The translations under genes and the position numbers were made by a program. Of a stretch of 55,211 nucleotides of DNA, positions 23,701 through 32,025 are shown one piece after another (position 1 is the stretch's first letter; every line of letters starts with the position of its first letter). The notes below the pieces were generated by a model that was given only the letters and a program-made list of their open reading frames with translations, was not told where the DNA came from and did not search any database. This DNA is from Candidatus Omnitrophota bacterium (GTDB lineage Bacteria > Omnitrophota > Gorgyraeia > Gorgyraeales > Gorgyraeaceae). The DNA lies in the NCBI GenBank assembly GCA_018824145.1, contig JAHJHC010000041.1:1-55211 (forward strand), given 5' to 3'.

Positions 23701-26700
23701 AAAAATAAGCATGCCGCTTAGAGATTATCGTGAACTATTCTGGCACCTTGACCAATATAGAGAAGCACAAGAAGCTAATTCACGACGTCAGATTAATATC
23801 TGGAGTTATGGCTTAGATTTTATCCGTGACCAGGCACGTCGGGAAGCTATACGCGAGTTCAATATACAATACTGGCTGGATGAAGGTAGGATTTCCAGTA
23901 GCATGGCTACTTATCTGCAAAGTTGTCCTGCTCCAATATATTTCTTATATTGGTGTGAGAGTCATATACCTATAGTAGGCCGTGTGGTTGGCAATAGAGA
24001 CTATCGAGCTTCAATGCGTCGTTTATTTACTGACAGCGATTTCTTTAAAGAACGCTGGCATGCTTACCGTCAGGCAAAACTTGATAAGATGCATGCCCAA
24101 GGTAGGCTAGGAAAATCTTTATATAATAGCCTTTACCCAGTACTAGAAGTCAATGAATGGGTTGAATGGCCGAATAACCGCCAGTTTATCTTAAATGTAG
24201 CGCTTAGTTACTGTACTCCAAGCCCTATCCATCACTTTTTAGTTGACAGAACGTATCGGCAGGAGGCAGTGGATAAGTTCACCAGCCAAGTTTCTATTAT
24301 GGTAGGTCCTGTTGTAGGAATAGGGCTTTCGTTATTGATATGGCCGCTACTTCCTTCCAGGGAATTCTTTTGGGCACTGGTGGTTTCAGTTATTGGGAGT
24401 GTCGTTGGAGCAGTAGTTAGTATGAGATTTTCAGATATGAAGTTCTTAACGGAACGTTCTGAAGAGGCTGAAGAAGATTTCAAAGATTGGGTCAAGGAAG
24501 GAGCAGAACAGTATAGGATTACTGAATCTTGGCAGGAGAAATTATTGGGGTTACGGAATGAAAAAGTTATTCGTGATTATATTAAGATATATGGTGTGCA
24601 GTTAGCATCTAAACTTGTCGTCTGGTTATTGCGGATAATTTTAATGGGTAGCATATTTGTAATTACCGGTGAATTCAATGTTCTTTCTGGACTCTGGGCC
24701 TTTGCGATACCTAGTGCTATTTGGAGGACTGTTACTACTTTAATTGTTATACAAGATTATAGTTGGTGGGGCCGTTTGAGGTGTTTTTCTGTTGCTTTAC
24801 TATTTGGTATTCTTCCTATACCTGGATTAACGTATCTTACAATGCCTTTTCAGATGCTGGTTGGTCTTATATTTTTCCCAGAGCGTGACAAGTTGGCCTT
24901 CCTACTTATCTTTGAATGGGAGTCTTTGATCGAAAAAGCCTGGGGTAAAGTGCCTGGTTGGGGCAGGACGACCTTAGCGCTATATTATTGGAACCTATAT
25001 TTGGCCAGGATACCAATTATGTTTATTAAGAAGGTCTTTCGTAGAGATAAAAGTAAAGAAGTTGAATTAACGTATCCTAGTATTATTAGGGCAGATAGCA
25101 ATACACCAATTTTGACCCACCACATCACACCCGGAGAATTATATGTAACTTCTATAGCTACACTTATCCTTGGTCTTGTTCCATTTGTCTTAAAGGCTGC
25201 GTGTGGATGGGATGTCCCTGATATAGTTCCGTACGTAGCGCTGGTTTTGGGATTAGGGTTGTCAGGGTTTTTGGTGAGTTTGGCACGATCTATTCGTCGT
25301 ACACTTGATAATTTACCGAATACTGAGATACGTGCCGGGCCTATTGATATCTTGCTTAAGAAAAAATCAGAACAAGCAGAGCTTATTCCTCAATTCACTC
25401 AATCTGACCTTGTAAGACATGATGCAAAAGACCACATCGCCTACTATAGTCCAAAAGACAAAGCTATCCACATTAACCCTAAAGCACTTGCCCAATACAG
25501 AAACTCCATCCAACACCTAATCTGGATAAAGGAAAGAACCCAGCAGGGATTAAGATTACCTAGAGCTTTAAATGAGATTATATCTTATACATGGATGGTT
25601 TTATGTATTGTGCCGGTAGTGTTATACCATGGTGTATATCTGAGTATTTATTTTTCAATAATAGCAAGAAGAGAGGCACGACGTGAACGTGAACGTGAGG
25701 AAAAATTGATGGGCCGGCTTGATGAAGCTTTTGATGCCCTTTATAGTCACACACCTGTTATTGAAGGAAGGCAAACAAAGAGCGTTAAACATGCGAAAAG
25801 CTCTCTTCGTCGGTTAGTAGATAATAAGTGGAAAGGAGGAGATGCTGATAAGGTGTTAAGTTCTGAGCAACTTAATGAGCTTGAGAGAATGGCTTTTCTA
25901 ATAGAGAGATTTCGTACGTATAACGAGTCAAGATTCTTTAGAGGAAAGACCCCAATTATTTTAAATTTTGAAGAAGCAAGACTATTAGCTTTGATTGCAT
26001 GGTATCCTGAAGAAGATTTGAATATATCAGGCTTAGCTGAGAAGTTCGGTGAACCAAAGGACACAGTGGTGGGAATGGTTCGTGTTCTGAATAGGTATTT
26101 TGGTATTGAGGATTTGGCACGCAGAGTAGAGTTAAAGGAATTAAGAAAAAAATTACGAATGAATCTTGGTATAAGAGGTGAAGCACTAATTATTGGACAT
26201 GGGGTCTTGCCTAGTGAACTACCACAGACAGTAGCGGAAATTGACCCAGGATTCGGCGAATTAGCACGGATCTTCTCGGTGAAGCTCAGAGCACATCGAG
26301 AAGCAGGGATTGATCGGCCTTTTATAGTAATGGTGAAAGGAGCAGGTGGGGTAGGCAAGACGACATTGATTCGTGTAATGAAAGAACGTCTGGAAGAGAC
26401 TGGATTACAAGTCGCTGCACCAGATAAGGTGGCGAGTTGGGATATATTAGGTTACCGACCGTGGCCTAGCTATCAGTACATAGAAGAACAACATAGAGAT
26501 GCTGATGTAATATTATGTGAAGCCACAGATGTGTTACCACCAGCAGGTGATTACGTTGAATTTTTAGATTTGTTTGTTGAAGTTAGATCAGAAAGATCTG
26601 TCCGGAGAAAGAGAATGAGAGCTATGGGAGTTTCTGAACCAGAGACAGAACGGATAGTGAATTCTCGAGTAGCAGCTAATTATGAAGACCATCCGCCCGA

Positions 26701-29700
26701 TGTTGTCATTGTCAACGAGAAACCGGATAAGACATGGTTTAGAGCGGAAGAAATAGACAAGTTGATTGGAGACAATGTAAAATTCATTACGTCTATCCAA
26801 AGCCAGGGTGAAGTATCAGGAATATCTCAAGATACATTCTTACCTTTGGCTCAAAAGCTTCTGAAAGAACCAGCGGATAGAGTAGAAAAATTACAAGCTC
26901 TACTAAATACTGAGTTCCAAACCCTGATCAATCAACTTTCTGAGAGATTAGGCAGTGAACGGGCAATATGGCATATCTTGATGCGTTGGAACCAGACAGC
27001 AAGATTAGAAGGGGCAAAAGAGCTATCTGTTATTTTAGCTGGCAAGTGGTACCAAGAATTGGCAGCTATGGTAGCGGAGATCGAGTCGTTAAAAGCTAAA
27101 AGGATGCAAGTAGAAGGGGGCGATGTCAAAGGTGTTACAGGCTTACGGACTAGAACAGAAGATGAACACCACTTTATGATGTGGTCAGAAGATCCTGACC
27201 GTAATGGCACTAGTCCACATAAGGCAGAAGAATTCAGGTTTGACCCTGGAGATGTGCATATAGGAGATACAAACTATACATTTAGGAAAGAGCGGGGACC
27301 TACCTTTGAAGGTTTTCCAGAAACATCATCTAAAGATCGAAGATACCTTAACCGTTATTTGAAGAATTTGATTAAAGAGGTTAAAGCAGGTAGGCCTGTG
27401 CTTGTAGTTGTTTCTCCCCAGACAGCTGAGCAGATGAGAGAGTGGGCCAAAATTGGCTGGCTTAAACGAAGAGTAGAGCTACTTCTACAGGATGCCATTA
27501 TCGTAGAAAAGGAACTTCACTATGACTCTGTAACTGAATATTACACTGAGGCACAGAAAAGACTTGCCGCGAATAGTGGTCAGTCTGATAAACCTCCTTT
27601 AGTGGTAGGTATTGGTATGGGTACGGTTTGTGACTGGTCGAAAGTCATCGGTCATAAACTCGGAGTCAATGTTCATCTTATTGTGACTGCGACTTCAACG
27701 AATGCACCTTTTACTCCTAATATACTAATACGTGACGGGTCGGGAGATGATTTCCGGCAGTTTAGTTATATGACAGGTGCAGCTGAACAAGTCATTGCTG
27801 ATGCATCTTTAATGAGACTTAACCCGAGAGGTAATATTGCAGGGGCTGGGGATTTATTCAGTGGTTGGGTAGCGTTGCTCGATTGGATGTTAGCGGTTCA
27901 TCTTGGCGTTACTGAGATGACTGAGGAGGAGCGAGCTATATTTGAAGAAGCCCATGTAGTGTTAGAAGATTTGAGCTCTCTTGCTACTATCATTAAGGAT
28001 AATACTCCTAAAGGCATTGAAGAATCAGCGAGACTTGCTATGCGAATATCAGCGCTTATGAGCCGTGCGAGAAATGCAAGGCCAAAGGCTGGAAGCGATC
28101 ACTGCGTTGCCTACAGTATGGAGGTTCAGACACAGGGTAGAAAAATGCTTCATGGAGAGCAGGTTGGCATCTCAACTCTATTAATGCTTGCACTGTATCA
28201 TATTGATAAGGAAAACCTTGAAAGCGGAGATTTTCCCGTAGATCAACTTAACGAGCAATTTTTACAAGAACGAGGCCCATCTGCTATTGATGACCTTAAG
28301 GTATTCTTTGAGAGACTAGAAGAAAGACCTGAACTGTTTCCAAGTCTTGATGAAGCGCGAGACATGGTTCGAGATTTAGGACTTCCTGTATCACTGGGCG
28401 CCCTGGCTTTGGTGGATGGAGAGGAGGGTATGAGTGTTATTGAAGCCGTTGAATCTTTAGTTAAAACCCAGCTTGACGATCGTCGGTTCACTTATCTAAA
28501 CGTCTTTAAGATTACCGAAGAAAAAACTATCAGGGCTGTCGCAATGGTTCTAGGCTTGACACCTGAGGAGGTCTTAGCCAGACAGACAGATGAATTACTA
28601 TCAACCAGTGTACCAGAGGAAATTCCAGCTCCTTATAGAGACATACCTGATGCCTCTGATATTCCAGGATCCATTGATGATATTGCCAATAGAATAATCA
28701 GTGAATGCAGAGAAGGTAACTACGATTCATTGCATCTTGATTGGTCTAAGAAGATGTTCTTTTACCAGGAGTTTATAAAAGAGGCTGCAGCAATAAATAC
28801 TGCCATTAAGAGAATTATAGCATTTCCAGCAGAAGAACAAAGTCAATTTGCTAACTTCTCGGGTTTTCTTGAGGCTGCCATTGCAGCAAGACTTGATATG
28901 ATTAAGCGTTATCAAGCACCATTATCTACCAAAGGAGAGAATGCCGTAAGGTTACTTGAAAAGGCTGTACAGACAGAATCTATGGATCAGTATGTTAATG
29001 CTTATAGCACTCGTACTGAACTGCTCGGAGATGTATTAAAAACAGTTATGCTTCCTCCTGCTATGTGGTTTGTGCCTTTATTGGAAGGGGAAAGGAAGAA
29101 GATATATGAAGATAATATAAGGCAGAAAGAAGTAAAAGTAGCTGAAATAAGAAGAGAACAGAGTAGAGTTGTAGCTACGGATGGATGTTCTAGTCAATGC
29201 GACCACTGTGACATGGCAGCCACCTTTAGGGTTGTTTCTATGCCGTGGATATGGCTTGAACAGGCAAAAGATGAAGTAGGAGCACCAGAGGTTATGACCT
29301 ACAGGAATGACTTTTTTGTAGATTATTACGATATTATTTATGATACAGATGCGAGTGATGTTGTAGATTTATTTAATCCAGAAACTATATTTTCTGCTGT
29401 ATTTGTACCAGGTTCTGTAACGGATAGAGCTTTAGGGAGATTATTAGGGTCAGGAGAGGGGAAGAGAACATTTGTTTTAAGCGTTGCGCCGAGTGCTTGG
29501 ATGCGTAAAGTTGGCGTAGAGAAGTATTGTGAATATGCAGTGGCGATTAGAAATAGAATTACCGAATATAACGATATACAAAGAGGAGATAGGCCTAGAG
29601 TTACTTTCGCTTGTTGGTTGTTTTTATTTCAACGTAAAGACGAACCGGATTTGATTGATACTATAAGAACCTATATCTATCAAGGCATGAAATCTGAGGA

Positions 29701-30556
29701 GATTACCTTAGCATGGTTGGATCGACTGGGTAGATTTAAGCAATTAGAAAGATCTGGTGAGATAGATTCAAATACAGTAGTAAATGAAAATATGCCACCT
29801 GGGATGAACTTTGAAATATGCGATCTTGGACGACGCATGTTTCTTGCTGATGGACAAGTTGCGCAAGGCACAGTGGTTTCTGGAAGGCAGTTTTCGTTCG
29901 AAACTATCGAGGGATTAGGTCCTATAGGAAGAGAACGTATAAACTGCCCTTATTGCAAATCCTTGGATTGCAGAGGTGACACTGAAAAAGGATGCCCAGG
30001 ACGAGAAGAGTTTTTTGCTGCACAGGGTTTATCTCCTACTGGCGGCAGGCCAGCTGTTGTTCAAGCTGCAGGTTTCTTTGGGTTTGGTGGACTAGGTCGA
30101 TTTTTAGGGGAGACGCAAGTGAGTCCCTTGCAGGACTTCTTTACGCAAGGTATACAACCAGCCTTATCATGGCTTGGTTCTCATGAGGGGCTGTGGGTTA
30201 TTGTTGGGATTGGTGCGTTTGTTGTTGCAGGAGGGTTACTGATTTTAGGTTATTTGGCAGTTAGAAGAGGCTATCTAAAAATCAGAAAAATCAGGGACAC
30301 ATCCCAATTTCCTCATGGGGATTTACAACGGGAAAATTGGGCCCCGTCTCTAGTTCTCCCTTGGGTTGGATTCCCTACGGTTGGACTGATGTTGATTACT
30401 GGGATGTCAATTAAAAGTTTACCTCTTTTATTAATTGGGACACTTTTTGCTATCGGCCTTATGATTTTTATGCAGCGCGAAGAGATTAATTCGGGGACAG
30501 GTGACGAGCTTGATGGAATCATAAAAGGACACAAAAAAAATAGAGTGTGCTTGTAA
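47..30556 (+). CDS. Giant multi-domain polytopic membrane protein (>=10,169 aa); probably 5'-truncated by the window edge
   Basis: Single stop-free frame for 30.5 kb in AT-rich DNA. All other-frame and antisense ORFs inside it are short. Several recognisable domain motifs are in frame (J-domain HPD, LuxR HTHs, Walker A, DUF89 DNAGE, CxxxCxxC). The same frame is also open from nt 2 to the ATG at 47, and there is no GGAGG-type RBS before nt 47. Confidence 0.9.
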   Translation: MGVVGVMVLVGGLVVLGNYVRNYYIRSDLAKARSLTKEAHESITKSQGASDNRAARKGYIKYAMRLYEEAIDYYRHAFELASKGQRDKIRAELNHIGDDLFYKYDLKDLYAWFRSHPANPVSPIKARPSLISSASGRTLKGVSLPRLPGKSVIMWIVGSSMLCGVLSLVTRVYEQVQGISTPLPGYVEGIVGVGSEVGRVIDISFSSVVLFILIIVPTFIFVILLLTASQRFNFAKKIFTKAGKIAGVERIIGTPDPNVLSNPDLFQEALDRGEYPFIRGLPFLPLFIKEKLFEYVSDSLNIGTFVQGQISIAANKGIFFIKCVLGVLILGGGAGLLVTLATFSPEFIQDAASKPLLWIGGMTALTVLSMISALINGLYSMANRRTPAGVSLKARKPYDLAQIAAEKQRLANKASPKALAAAGILAVIGIASYILSDGDATDTIYAIVLSFLPVSVILYSSVFGKFMKHKENISGIMKFIGFILPIGKKHVDSAFDIQTIAGPGRYDTGHGQAIQKGLNRVWIPFSVGTVTAVGGLLIKVLIDTPDKLSKALLGVSNGLIWSGVLIGIFLLMGGFYAWLGQKNFELESLTDRAKYTGSDTKQTIVPLHRSQRIVLVFVGIVTAVSMALVAMEQLTVREAMFIIVPFGVLGLLSIIGLGIGVLFYRGSGFLTQRRALINARKIGGSIFARTHFTFALIGILVVAGLTASGYIMGWWGRSSSGIADVFSKDISGWGWLGLGLIGALAIGLFFKVICERISRSSTLGKITVGLAAAAGAIVLWGPKAAEKISGIVSSIGSGGALEAVAPTLNQADSIGIAIVAVLVLLTVVMVFTVGRRSGVGCLIVLIAITAVGAAVAAPYLSELLDKVLGPGGLSMMLGPLGLGLVGAVVGSSRDYYNVLGVDRTASNKEIKRAYRRIARRTHPDVNPGNPQAEARFREANEAYEVLGDEENRTLYDRLGHGSYSSTRRNQSTSWMGWQPHSSATRGSQPGFDTGAAAMYTVDQQMMDESRDRVRQQMRAAMAGFSQQMYEATARFDQQKAAAMTYSSMWKFLGGAGSSANHTSLESLVKRLWTSCTATGSGYRGVDQELISGLVGYIDLPEVQEVLMAAFFHDIQRSINLISRLEVEMIAYIFDLVSEVKDDDVLDNVGSIFSGLGPDLAWSIFVCQDGEGQRIISDRSLGIIFKRMEVASLGEVLRRVDSSLEAYSLDYSLGEQLTRRDIDLVAELLSIKQIAPKLVVDILDYFDSRGDSIWSTQVLESMESRRIAEIMNAYLRKVFGNTMRLSDREQTRCAGILGKLPGALLFDVLPLLERRFSCTMAPGEPAEKTPQPSHSFAAGLFGLGAILNNAQEALTGVNSSSILSGLTQHVPGLGPSSINWQTLAVGVLIGGVVALLVLLAIQVRRIYQRKADREARVNDTEQVREVIVYTASSDVEYCLFRGPTQFPVEGQIFGTTHSVNPDEPLHRTLYALGDIGRSRDEGYSYSQMRRVDSSGDSRTYYSTTSKDREEVRALVCSEPGLLAELLRREAADPDYWGKWRSDWRITIRDVIDVVVRHAEMEDELIEALQGLGFKDWREYIKHWRSEDGRPDSEGLFREIARSTHRFFMDFTDGENPACPDSVIREDEGTGSICLQFGDDVISLVEAGVSVEKMESDGEVYYVERKISPTNIGGFFIVILGGLLAGIENDVNDALDRLDNALKRYEELTKHKGFSFQWYTAEGEPCKETRWIKGEEKEGFWVSTVDSGLYAAFAIQAMGLLREISSSYPGYRDRIDGIVQRLDRTVQEMRWDILYDGKDNGDNKAFFTGGLLTGEGEFLIPENAHYDMISEVLLAIIVGILTGYVPEECFTHLCRWVDPEKVPLPEDSHIGTWDGTTFAWALSYLLIDILKTHPLMQQSLKQLVVLQDRDAREMGEPLARSESCYLVHDDNGRAIERYGAIGSRRIAANNRDSELLAEGLPASAYSAGLTLVTSPVFKEIAYKVYLDFIWYVAQGNYDPKYGFGDSMDSDRRLANHQAWLFMALLPYILENRKIIDDAFLSHPWNREGAIAQGDFVVGLLNGDTDGRARLVMDAMKECGVITAEGRYTVPQGGEIRAVQGELQKALVSKGIEDLDAGEVIAFVLKRTQEKKGRLDGEEGLLYRDPRELPLLLGRNEDGSIMREWGEVRQPGGVAETLAAVSGFSTLSQLPNFLGGAQDFPDISSSWPTLQGFFEQASDLVRLNQEGVLAILAVLLAVVIVTGIVIAALILITRVLHTYRTRETETQSVSPEERIPSGVSLELRDGFLRFLRETFIEGVHVTADRIWQEMPEDLRGSIPEEMMLVILQDVSRSGDILRLTIEGVEVYLLMDLERVTSESSIIKRILGTPFYTGTGGGMADILRSGHWTFLPLNVRGRYLRELYAGLTLKEQAVVDLFIDAYVSMARTLPEGLRDQVPEELRESYTDDFLDDFLSEENLERLWQKRCRILSEEDYSQAPMDKEKFKQSFAALIEDTDKVKTLLSALNKGFESLRQDMPNVKTYRERDGLVHGIEESMYAAISDLVDIQYPSGSPRPDSLRIPNREDDFYGRMCRFYAEIFAMAYEPTYVAKPTFALYCVAERLRQEIFGLEDFFEMEKYRANSAALEIFSAFHDELKPFSGWDIPEDVQSSPLGAYREKLPVVQKLWDRYGADLTLKQPDYYIRRLVWMHRKLERLSLLCAIANAMDFGDPKFQQEAQEAGFDEKAWMVDKIEEGLEKGFYESDIDEFFEIVGAAKLEFERVKENNGWSDDDERIDDSKRPKIIILTDNAGETVLVMLLVGFLLALGFNVVIASRDVPVINDMTREDSKSLLEEFRERGYFKKYGEERLKVISSGAAMFATPPADLSTEFLREYNDENTVCVFAMGQGNMESLWQGEWREKACIHCLTLKDSLKVWGLQNIPSHSPLLLVNLPIRPEDIIMADKEVSGETVCLKDRPDLIAVLRAKGVTIMGDENIYIYPEEFQGPLVEGIADCFESKGIVLDASTGLIYLGRCAIGKDTHIDGRGGVVIRRGTAVGRACRVANAVLINAEIGDGEKVRRRVIIGRGPDEKRFRRGRSGEVMSTMGLATIGLQPLSVNKTLYNKLVANGVRIEGELSTIYIADGVEIAPGTVIHSHVVLLGQTVVGRNVVLNPLVYLVDTQVEEECKLSRVTAANCRFYPRVNIDDIPLLRDEQVYPYGSVPEGREIIGFVVDPALEKGEKGIMGVRCRDRAALSRFSLISRRARHLSFGEIKRAGEEAKVIDMLLEQARLGVYVASDLLLRLNKDRQFTDEFGDRIMETIEMVVKDPMLDDFTLHQVKAFIGQIIWVYAKSPFQLIKREEDEKVIEVAEVLIGTLDKTQDAGKRLELAIKISALSNISIFDRFIPEDADDELSFAVRKFSSVVASIREGKITDELLNLIASKAYIAVDEAEDIVERLLVVPEGERQNKTVIFNINNAGEVIYNMVLVREVLRLGYKVVISANEGPIDDNYDVRDLSELLQHPKVREENFLGEFLTDGRIRMVSNGSVSPGLDLSDLSREFHGIATDKDTIMMISVGYSLARDALTESLPLDAAYLCWAKDLKDPSVFQRAGLEIKRGWAMASFVGKGGQTALSRKLSLEIRHLVSQVFGLIGLSRLVREIAEGHSIESVAGLDLKDSLVKALTFFAKSGVYSQEEISSFLTPKLIFIEGDEAIDVAYRRQLEQRKELLFRIRDWHAEFNKLINGLISIETYLNGLAQDRKKPDPETVIAVIQRRLGLSGSEVAALQKRITPSLHKRRYDVLLYEILIFVFSNRYPRMTTIVNLREVIEEFRVYEIPLAVALPYLSRTVSALAVSESEFESILQEEDYFDKVFAGKLDAAISGDSRVSLQERLVSAKSYVRNHIVTDRSRSPREYHFAVRMLFVGLLGVKKAPVGIKGVDKTLADLITPDEVSCYSLEELGGILGLAFRSGASVTKLEERMGLPQYTKLTQGIVALVDDVKWLVVDRVKTLTEKGRPAIEAFLKDTAVPVYGRAMFLFGIFRLASGEGSRLSAENWTDWVESGILEDWEYDCLNEGSEILAGSERGDFSIDSSTSWHAFMANEQYPAEYKIVLLECVIKEAEGKEDTLLHLEALCTMLKIYTDSQNTVSLERVSQEIISLVYGLDIERVRSLLPGMSDVTRNNTILIIENRMRFYELMFNRMGKWRRKMPVLAEFLRHALLLREAYLSLGGAGIEKVDGVVDRVTEVLIELDETNLKVLFQQDTFKGEPGIKIMLLSILREIDLGFLNGVLISSTLTGDIRIPLLTDPSPEVRELVTEILSQTDRGRQALESIGQAEAPNFDDDDGAIVEDRAAGVMMGVGAIGGVQDFLSRGVKDFIVQGQDVFPDILSFNWWMWVVGFGALFVGFLILRPYLQQHNYKLVPAIRDYLRDMMGQRLRLAGIWGDGIKTIKAVFIGPEKKTVSSTGLVGITVAAVLLTAGLAGPVAVGALGLLVALGVVSVIYSRAPPIRRFALIGIPLVFLVLPLFAAQPVLSAPLSDIPSSLTQISSLMNFDWPSWGNRLLKITLKFSIVLIALRIYWVVAQHSLAVLQRSSKVEIPKPRYRADITVTGTPGFEHIDPFDAMVPLPPSFPGESRWRVEGDVQELLNETGIRLAGGRRIVWGIEVKALVDLAFKRKGLEAHRIRIRGWQGIGLVIVVIRGLLLVGVGVLLALGIKWGFTQIDQLLPLAGQAGINTLTLVSLGSTVLTALPLGVAMMAAEDVENTRLKARAGTSRGGAPDKHSSGQMAWVKEWLETHGVEVTPNKWLKTEEDITLLGLLGVVAGVGIIFVASNLFSLGFLSGITALGLPLALVIGSILYFPFSRFIAFIGGHFFDGWRHGLKNMGAAANISAVGVAIGFIVNGLILGGVGFIGAQFVPGILVSVLTSPLVALISIPVILVFYVSLLVTHHKMNYRALSLAENLAKKRDALLEKLLVKYDFPKMEQDTRVEFRSAEKTAGEMSEKELAIKKEIDLAIGKERPSVQDRKTAWSNVLGEQFEDIVPLSLCQRLVNCYFSEDERNNYFDAGALRVIQREIPIFSIDFIAILIANSGNPIQVLLSLKDMLDALDKQSGVLETYVKRMDLRDIYRDASRVFWSAHDRGSQIGDEDALDLLRKRRPTHPALINWAKLVLYRVSGSGKRGQALIANALLLGGVVIGLGMAAYLTGVDTNSLVHIVQVSSNFLLRAAPYLAVISSIGVAVVAAGLQRKGLTAEDYPDIGVLQEGGVPIDEGSNGRGYGKGTDALPGLESHALALMLIEAQRDLQRQLSALTKRDVLILRWIAEGWTYKEIGIKLSISRGTIANRGSLILHKLGVLNRAAAVIKAIENGIMERPEIHYNRDNIRRLIPMEVRVLPYLARGMTNLEISQELGITEGTVSTRVSSLIQKLKGSDENEFRVKIVNRIQVAIVAPEVIKLYEEQEEQDDGLLPLEIEILKLLVQGKTNPEIVENLHITEGRVRKRITAILRKLGVGNRVATAIEAVKMGLVERPEEISYCEIGAKELTPRELDVLSCLAKGLTNPQIAQKLGIGRDTLRNYISFIRSKLGLNKRVYVALAAPEVIESLQRPQGRTIGIPIPSTDERPGAVSFAIAMVGGILNLVIRPFIDMRRNVIDIEREYRVKSVLAQDPASVHYYDGLAEKMASYGEYYSSMIRKCFLIGASVFILLVILVTLCANSLAGVSQPVPLPVSLSGLGLGLPGLVGAMAVLSPASSLEPIERVSFLELVNRYRSARKETVALPSLEGLSRKAGIVLITRNQSTRKHMIDLLANSKISGISVLGLSQGDNGSLFKIRQAIETWMKQSRSSHLRIIVIDMDGTEMKVYFLEFGRDTNVQLQIISMRPLATMAAGIVFGVIGVKGKLERVDRNLQGISKGILEIGIEFIDILILRLVAKNLSYPEIAKALFIEKIEVGNRVRLIVDKLKASDCCQAVLIAVKKGIIERPAIDYYKDGVWDLDKPETKVLALLGRGLTNQEIADNLGVQVQTIRFYISGILGKLFLEKRFQAGLVASEVLTVLGLPATYPDEPGYDGGSGLANRNINAMIMAVGGSNLLGKMQPFSEGLTKQWVHGIPDLVIVLGALALAFVAVRIGVLLWQRWMRKRAGPEHSFIPESHLMMQPSRLSSLWASVVSLFKKIKQVVDAQPVYAIFVSILAIEAGLGIISILSGNLPHNQANAISDFLKPALLGGGIWLFASTRKMKPRQYIITESGGEKVNVMDAIFEGQFTPEMAERLSEGLLLLPIREVEERDHTDVEYAEIINRALDSVQRWARQGDLDAEIPEEGKGWVFSYEVTSESAKRVRLREVVETFHETLGWSRSKLHSYLLTDKDNQRALSAKRVARSGGEGRVWELNRELVNALAVKESRFVPVQYALDELRERDLYVTETEFLSLVKEIGFVYLKDALVRLRENQIKVTAEEVLSLVDIKTQAVTGEWGVDIVHFAEIVKRLKEKRQIIGPVDEGGDIITEGDIDALKILFISLYAEDRILLIEKINRAIEDGSIPDNLLGPGGGITEFLDWVVDQYPEHPDKLGSLDREIRAEARYAWSVAYKFGLEDIDQKIYILTHMIKIAILIGNTPQVEALNQRLETLRREKELRDKEAIVPSLLPLVSMHSAKREPREDEELYEELTLDEYEPISLFAGLTLGGLTNMFGTDIFNRTDFKLDFNFGFDSGSILSGLTQYVPQQLDLSAIWQTVSEFKSSLTTLHWVGIGVLGLLGVTILMSIISQKLSAFLRHPSTIRTLFLTGIGLLLYSMVPPSARNFFVAILTGYYVLTLGLIYRYTIKAVRNMNAEKDELRIKIKVLNEICENVSKDDRLIRKLLGSVENALNTAFFSYTEEEIKETLKKSKRAMRFLPWSLWLAIPAMLFLIEPIVPYIIDFSAFLYSFTLTNIQPFIASIGVLTFLLSCVAIFYRIGKILFGPDAASKKFDRCTTVLRRVSRVTFLLVVPALSLITAFVILILWFAPEFLTVPVSSLLMMLLERLALIGINSPTLMSLGSTVLTALPIGVAMVVGDRAFTEDTSGADGSRVAPGSTDSAYDPLVATGYLAAKLTQEERLVFIGLLRGWVDERLKEEIGLEYTTLSLILGTLNNKLLWEGGSPREKLTKAGILGMVKSPLETKEQEILEGFLRGLRYEEIARTYYIALKSISYYASGIRGKIRLERETESEHKMTILKLFLARGVIPSRGIYCKVTVEIHRWLIEHGFLVYPLRPAREQQGSDVLTAGKPPLSAMEALVLYWTVHGILSDGEMAARYGVSEDNISVYRATCKEKVFPFHQGSLRSKLRQNGLLEEGEAAQRLLGFSLPPAVHRQLYSGQLRILEVLNQSPHLSREALSRLTGLEPNSVRTYIFGLCKVFGVPKGLVPTKRRDALVPAVFGLADRNISSTRDSEIKASTRRRTGAKEYDDDFIRRKTNAMIMALGGSSVLNQVQPFAEEATKQWVQGIPNLAIVLGALALAVGVVWLVKNLLDDYTNLWLPEKIVTLNVEIPVEVDGKMQWVEKKRKYELVRQVEQSGFAAQVWEARVEGTEERVALKVFRPIGKNGKIHRQSRMLAFQDARPSREEAQMAVSMRKIAGILTKYPEIYELMLEEASAIYGGENNDVMGKLQELRDGIGPSLVTQANAYGWSDAHNASFLELEWEDNVNTARYGYFSGLLDEDMRLQALFMRAFCRLLENIGAEGYIPQTYIGKTLFGTSEPIGIKYQLGITAAMLVSLATFFLTNSWPVTLLLSVTVLFVLGHSVGGSFFSWDNIFWSGKRGIGLKTLDLEPGLPRGGPLGGILWPTFVPRLSIAGLVVLASFFSGIPFYVAGCCALVFLIVTSPGWLFPFEFGAVSKMKKAGFGPNLGAMDVDAAERHISGNYQVAGNYDIDEEKISMPLRDYRELFWHLDQYREAQEANSRRQINIWSYGLDFIRDQARREAIREFNIQYWLDEGRISSSMATYLQSCPAPIYFLYWCESHIPIVGRVVGNRDYRASMRRLFTDSDFFKERWHAYRQAKLDKMHAQGRLGKSLYNSLYPVLEVNEWVEWPNNRQFILNVALSYCTPSPIHHFLVDRTYRQEAVDKFTSQVSIMVGPVVGIGLSLLIWPLLPSREFFWALVVSVIGSVVGAVVSMRFSDMKFLTERSEEAEEDFKDWVKEGAEQYRITESWQEKLLGLRNEKVIRDYIKIYGVQLASKLVVWLLRIILMGSIFVITGEFNVLSGLWAFAIPSAIWRTVTTLIVIQDYSWWGRLRCFSVALLFGILPIPGLTYLTMPFQMLVGLIFFPERDKLAFLLIFEWESLIEKAWGKVPGWGRTTLALYYWNLYLARIPIMFIKKVFRRDKSKEVELTYPSIIRADSNTPILTHHITPGELYVTSIATLILGLVPFVLKAACGWDVPDIVPYVALVLGLGLSGFLVSLARSIRRTLDNLPNTEIRAGPIDILLKKKSEQAELIPQFTQSDLVRHDAKDHIAYYSPKDKAIHINPKALAQYRNSIQHLIWIKERTQQGLRLPRALNEIISYTWMVLCIVPVVLYHGVYLSIYFSIIARREARREREREEKLMGRLDEAFDALYSHTPVIEGRQTKSVKHAKSSLRRLVDNKWKGGDADKVLSSEQLNELERMAFLIERFRTYNESRFFRGKTPIILNFEEARLLALIAWYPEEDLNISGLAEKFGEPKDTVVGMVRVLNRYFGIEDLARRVELKELRKKLRMNLGIRGEALIIGHGVLPSELPQTVAEIDPGFGELARIFSVKLRAHREAGIDRPFIVMVKGAGGVGKTTLIRVMKERLEETGLQVAAPDKVASWDILGYRPWPSYQYIEEQHRDADVILCEATDVLPPAGDYVEFLDLFVEVRSERSVRRKRMRAMGVSEPETERIVNSRVAANYEDHPPDVVIVNEKPDKTWFRAEEIDKLIGDNVKFITSIQSQGEVSGISQDTFLPLAQKLLKEPADRVEKLQALLNTEFQTLINQLSERLGSERAIWHILMRWNQTARLEGAKELSVILAGKWYQELAAMVAEIESLKAKRMQVEGGDVKGVTGLRTRTEDEHHFMMWSEDPDRNGTSPHKAEEFRFDPGDVHIGDTNYTFRKERGPTFEGFPETSSKDRRYLNRYLKNLIKEVKAGRPVLVVVSPQTAEQMREWAKIGWLKRRVELLLQDAIIVEKELHYDSVTEYYTEAQKRLAANSGQSDKPPLVVGIGMGTVCDWSKVIGHKLGVNVHLIVTATSTNAPFTPNILIRDGSGDDFRQFSYMTGAAEQVIADASLMRLNPRGNIAGAGDLFSGWVALLDWMLAVHLGVTEMTEEERAIFEEAHVVLEDLSSLATIIKDNTPKGIEESARLAMRISALMSRARNARPKAGSDHCVAYSMEVQTQGRKMLHGEQVGISTLLMLALYHIDKENLESGDFPVDQLNEQFLQERGPSAIDDLKVFFERLEERPELFPSLDEARDMVRDLGLPVSLGALALVDGEEGMSVIEAVESLVKTQLDDRRFTYLNVFKITEEKTIRAVAMVLGLTPEEVLARQTDELLSTSVPEEIPAPYRDIPDASDIPGSIDDIANRIISECREGNYDSLHLDWSKKMFFYQEFIKEAAAINTAIKRIIAFPAEEQSQFANFSGFLEAAIAARLDMIKRYQAPLSTKGENAVRLLEKAVQTESMDQYVNAYSTRTELLGDVLKTVMLPPAMWFVPLLEGERKKIYEDNIRQKEVKVAEIRREQSRVVATDGCSSQCDHCDMAATFRVVSMPWIWLEQAKDEVGAPEVMTYRNDFFVDYYDIIYDTDASDVVDLFNPETIFSAVFVPGSVTDRALGRLLGSGEGKRTFVLSVAPSAWMRKVGVEKYCEYAVAIRNRITEYNDIQRGDRPRVTFACWLFLFQRKDEPDLIDTIRTYIYQGMKSEEITLAWLDRLGRFKQLERSGEIDSNTVVNENMPPGMNFEICDLGRRMFLADGQVAQGTVVSGRQFSFETIEGLGPIGRERINCPYCKSLDCRGDTEKGCPGREEFFAAQGLSPTGGRPAVVQAAGFFGFGGLGRFLGETQVSPLQDFFTQGIQPALSWLGSHEGLWVIVGIGAFVVAGGLLILGYLAVRRGYLKIRKIRDTSQFPHGDLQRENWAPSLVLPWVGFPTVGLMLITGMSIKSLPLLLIGTLFAIGLMIFMQREEINSGTGDELDGIIKGHKKNRVCL
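2726..2930 (+). other. DnaJ-type J-domain inside the giant ORF
   Basis: [67 protein letters not shown] aligns almost position-for-position with the canonical J-domain, including the HPD tripeptide. Confidence 0.92.
4121..4250 (+). repeat. Junction module type B, copy at 4.1 kb ([10 protein letters not shown] ... W ... TM)
   Basis: [43 protein letters not shown]. The stretch tctattttatcaggactgacgcaacatgtgcca differs at only 2 of 33 nt from 20105-20137. Confidence 0.8.
5056..6180 (+). other. (alpha/alpha)6-barrel glucoamylase-like / DUF3131-GH144-like (beta-1,2-glucanase-type) region
   Basis: The ordered motifs [19 protein letters not shown] ... [26 protein letters not shown] ... [16 protein letters not shown] ... 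[10 protein letters not shown] ... [11 protein letters not shown] ... YGFGDSMD (6041-6058) ... [14 protein letters not shown] resemble the conserved helix-loop pattern of glucoamylase-like (alpha/alpha)6 domains. By-eye only. Confidence 0.45.
7740..8830 (+). other. DUF89/ARMT1-like (damage-control phosphatase family) module, motifs largely intact
   Basis: [17 protein letters not shown] (DNAGE at 8396-8410), VINDMT, and [10 protein letters not shown] (8690-8710) match the DUF89 pattern DNaGE ... ND.T ... KGqgNyE. A helical region of about 200 aa precedes it. Confidence 0.6.
9040..9610 (+). other. Left-handed beta-helix (hexapeptide-repeat, acyltransferase/GlmU-C-like) region
   Basis: Runs with hexad periodicity of small or aliphatic residues: [50 protein letters not shown] and [53 protein letters not shown]. 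Confidence 0.6.
9745..10840 (+). other. Second, degenerate DUF89-like module
   Basis: Same layout and spacing as the first copy but with altered motifs: [18 protein letters not shown] (NNAGE at 10400-10414), PIDDNYD instead of ND.T, and [11 protein letters not shown] instead of GQGN.E. Confidence 0.4.
14168..14258 (+). repeat. Conserved TM element type C, copy 1 ([14 protein letters not shown])
   Basis: [30 protein letters not shown]. The core gtcgctaggcagtacagtgttgacggccttacccc..ggagtggcaatg is nearly identical to 21067-21117. Confidence 0.85.
15905..16790 (+). other. Array of four tandem LuxR/GerE-type helix-turn-helix units
   Basis: Four consecutive ~63-aa units: [52 protein letters not shown]; [43 protein letters not shown]; [52 protein letters not shown]; [45 protein letters not shown]. 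Each matches L(T/S)xRExxVLxLxaxGxtNxEIAxxLxISxxTVxxHxxxIxxKLgv. Confidence 0.85.
17735..18135 (+). other. Array of two LuxR/GerE-type HTH units
   Basis: [54 protein letters not shown] and [53 protein letters not shown]. Confidence 0.7.
18209..18385 (+). repeat. Junction module type A, copy 1 ([10 protein letters not shown]...QPF...KQWV.GIP + TM)
   Basis: [48 protein letters not shown]. About four-fifths of nucleotides are identical to 22328-22477 in a hand alignment over ~150 nt. Confidence 0.85.
20102..20270 (+). repeat. Junction module type B, copy at 20.1 kb
   Basis: [24 protein letters not shown]...[21 protein letters not shown]. The window start ([29 protein letters not shown], nt 2-110) looks like a third, partial copy. 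Confidence 0.8.
21043..21133 (+). repeat. Conserved TM element type C, copy 2
   Basis: [30 protein letters not shown]. About 5 mismatches in 51 nt versus copy 1 by hand alignment. Confidence 0.85.
21239..22175 (+). other. Array of about four divergent LuxR/GerE-like HTH units
   Basis: [43 protein letters not shown]; [43 protein letters not shown]; [44 protein letters not shown]; [47 protein letters not shown]. The pattern is retained, but several consensus residues are lost. Confidence 0.5.
22328..22492 (+). repeat. Junction module type A, copy 2
   Basis: [48 protein letters not shown]. Paralogous to 18209-18385 at both protein and nucleotide level. Confidence 0.85.
22590..23020 (+). other. 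ABC1/UbiB-like atypical-kinase N-lobe motif
   Basis: [31 protein letters not shown] resembles the ABC1/UbiB signature (aaSiaQVh.A.l..G..VAVKVqrP); the Lys is at 22688-22690. The downstream [10 protein letters not shown] resembles rVLtmEwi.G. The rest of a kinase fold is not clear. Confidence 0.35.
26320..26730 (+). other. P-loop nucleoside/nucleotide-kinase-like module (Udk/PRK-type layout)
   Basis: Walker A GAGGVGKT at 26339-26362 follows a hydrophobic strand (FIVMVK). [12 protein letters not shown] is a Walker-B-like strand. [20 protein letters not shown] resembles the Udk/PRK 'ifvd.d.d.rl.RRi.Rd' segment. Confidence 0.55.
27225..28510 (+). other. Glycerol-1-phosphate dehydrogenase / glycerol dehydrogenase-like (Fe-ADH/DHQS superfamily) module
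   Basis: [10 protein letters not shown] ... [40 protein letters not shown] ... [36 protein letters not shown] ... [11 protein letters not shown] ... [14 protein letters not shown] (28151-28168). The order and spacing match the G1PDH/GldA pattern (GGG..D.aK ... vPT.aS.dg ... D...i..aP......aG.GD......DW ... H ... HGe.Vg). Confidence 0.55.
29150..30000 (+). other. Radical-SAM-like module (CxxxCxxC) with a C-terminal Cys cluster
   Basis: [18 protein letters not shown] contains C-x3-C-x2-C at 29186-29209 in a typical strand-loop context. About 250 aa later, [21 protein letters not shown] gives C-x2-C-x4-C-x7-C. No other radical-SAM motif could be verified by eye. Confidence 0.35.
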
Positions 30557-30631
30557 TGCATTGTACATATAGATTCCCGCTTGCTCGGTAATGACTTTTT
30601 CAGCAATCTCTCTTATGGAGCGTGTTCGCAC

Positions 30632-30660
30632 TTGACAAATTGGGGTGTTACTGTTATAAC
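30632..30660 (+). promoter_or_regulatory. Near-consensus sigma70-type promoter for the sugar-utilisation operon
   Basis: TTGACA (30632-30637), an exact 17-nt spacer, then TATAAC (30655-30660). It lies 60 nt upstream of the ATG at 30721, which has a GGAGG RBS at 30707-30711. Confidence 0.55.
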
Positions 30661-30720
30661 TATATAAAAAGATGAGGGTTATTTAGATTTAATCAGAACT
30701 TTAAATGGAGGAAATTTGCG

Positions 30721-32025
30721 ATGGTATATCCTTGTAAAAAGTGGATATTGGTCATCTATCTGTTTATTATGGGACCCATATTGTTCGTTGGGTGTGGTCA
30801 AGATAAAGATAAGGAAATTGGAGCAAAAAAGAAACCTCTTATAACATTCTGGCATTGGTGGACAGATAGGCAATCGATCTTGGAAGAATTTGCTGATCAA
30901 TATGAAGAGGAAACCGGAGTAAAAGTGAAGTTTGTACTCTCTTCTCCAAGTGGGGATCTCTATAAAAATAAATTGCAAGCAGCTGCTTTATCTAGTACCC
31001 TGCCAGATATTATTGGGGTATGGGGTGGAGGAGAATTTTTGGCTAGATATATAAATGCCGGACATATATCTAACCTAACCGACGAAATGGAAGAAGGATG
31101 GAAAGATAGATTTTTTCCAGAAGCAATAAAACGTGGCTCTTACCAAGATGGAAATCAGTGGGGTGTTATACCCGGCACTTATGCTGTGCCGTTGACTGTT
31201 ATGAATATACAAATATTCTATAATAAGAGACTCTTTGAAAAAGCAGGACTTGATCCAATGAATCCACCTGCTACATGGGAAGAGTTTATTGCTGCGGGTA
31301 GAAAATTACGAGCTAAGGGTATAGCCCCTTTTACTGCTGGATTTGGTGATTTAGGACTTGCTGAGTGGTTTCTTAATAGTTATGCCTGGAGTTTTCTTGG
31401 TGAAGATAATGTGCGGGCTACTTGGGTAGGTGAAAGGTCATATGTATCACCAGAATGGGAGGCTGCTTTTGATAAGTTCGTCGAGATGCGAGATAATGAG
31501 ATGTTTATAGAAGGGATAGCAATAATGTCTAACAAACAGTCAGAACAAGCCTTCGCCAATGGTCTGGCTGCCATGGCGATGAACGGATCTTGGGCTGTGA
31601 ATGTATATTACCAGATGAACCCAGACCTCGAATATGATGTTATGTCTTTCCCTCAAGATACAGAGGCTGCGAATCCGGTGCTTTTGTTTGGTGGTACAGG
31701 TATCTGTGCTGCTGTAAATGGTAAATCTTCCCAGAAACTAGAAGCCATAAAATTCTTAAAGTGGTTTACGGATAAGGAGCGACAAATAGAATATGTAGAA
31801 AAGGCCCATACCCTGTCTGCCAATAGAAATGTGATAGACGGACTTTCACCTGTATTGGCAAAGTTTGCCAAGGGCATGGAAAGGATTATACCAGATTTAG
31901 AAGTAGAAGAAAAAAATGAAGTGAGAGAGGTCTTAAGAAAAGGAATTCAATCAATAATTATCGGGGAGAAGACCTCTATCAAAGTTCTCGAAGAAGCACA
32001 GCGTCTAAAAGATAAACTCGAGTGA
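30721..32025 (+). CDS. ABC transporter extracellular solute-binding lipoprotein (family 1, CUT1 sugar type)
   Basis: Signal peptide with lipobox LFVGC (Cys25 at 30793-30795). ITFWHWWTD, PDIIGVWGGGEF and the overall length are typical of sugar SBPs. GGAGG RBS. Confidence 0.9.
   Translation: MVYPCKKWILVIYLFIMGPILFVGCGQDKDKEIGAKKKPLITFWHWWTDRQSILEEFADQYEEETGVKVKFVLSSPSGDLYKNKLQAAALSSTLPDIIGVWGGGEFLARYINAGHISNLTDEMEEGWKDRFFPEAIKRGSYQDGNQWGVIPGTYAVPLTVMNIQIFYNKRLFEKAGLDPMNPPATWEEFIAAGRKLRAKGIAPFTAGFGDLGLAEWFLNSYAWSFLGEDNVRATWVGERSYVSPEWEAAFDKFVEMRDNEMFIEGIAIMSNKQSEQAFANGLAAMAMNGSWAVNVYYQMNPDLEYDVMSFPQDTEAANPVLLFGGTGICAAVNGKSSQKLEAIKFLKWFTDKERQIEYVEKAHTLSANRNVIDGLSPVLAKFAKGMERIIPDLEVEEKNEVREVLRKGIQSIIIGEKTSIKVLEEAQRLKDKLE

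Noticed and set aside
47-30556. The giant ORF as an NRPS/PKS megasynthase or a repetitive adhesin/RTX toxin, which are the usual explanations for >20-kb bacterial genes.
   Set aside because: I found no condensation HHxxxDG, adenylation SGTTGxPKG or carrier LGG(H/D)S motifs, and no KS/AT motifs. There are no long tandem Ig/cadherin/hemagglutinin-type repeats. The sequence is dominated by TM helices and heterogeneous alpha-helical or enzymatic modules.
47-30556. The giant ORF as several ordinary genes artificially fused by assembly or sequencing error.
   Set aside because: This cannot be fully excluded without reads. However, fusing a dozen genes without a single stop codon or frame change across 30.5 kb is very unlikely. 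In addition, the module boundaries carry a shared in-frame junction motif rather than intergenic features such as RBSs or promoters. It is kept as a check under the main finding.
349-30631. About 45 antisense or alternative-frame ORFs of 60-203 aa lie inside the giant ORF. Examples are 25747-26358(-) at 203 aa, 14017-14571(-) at 184 aa, 19837-20349(-) at 170 aa, and 5584-5766(+), 20878-21132(+), 22704-22895(+) and 29992-30186(+).
   Set aside because: All are fully embedded in a far longer frame that carries recognisable domains. Their translations are low-complexity (Ser/Pro/Thr/Ile-rich) with no motifs and no RBS. This is the expected by-product of a long coding frame in AT-rich DNA.
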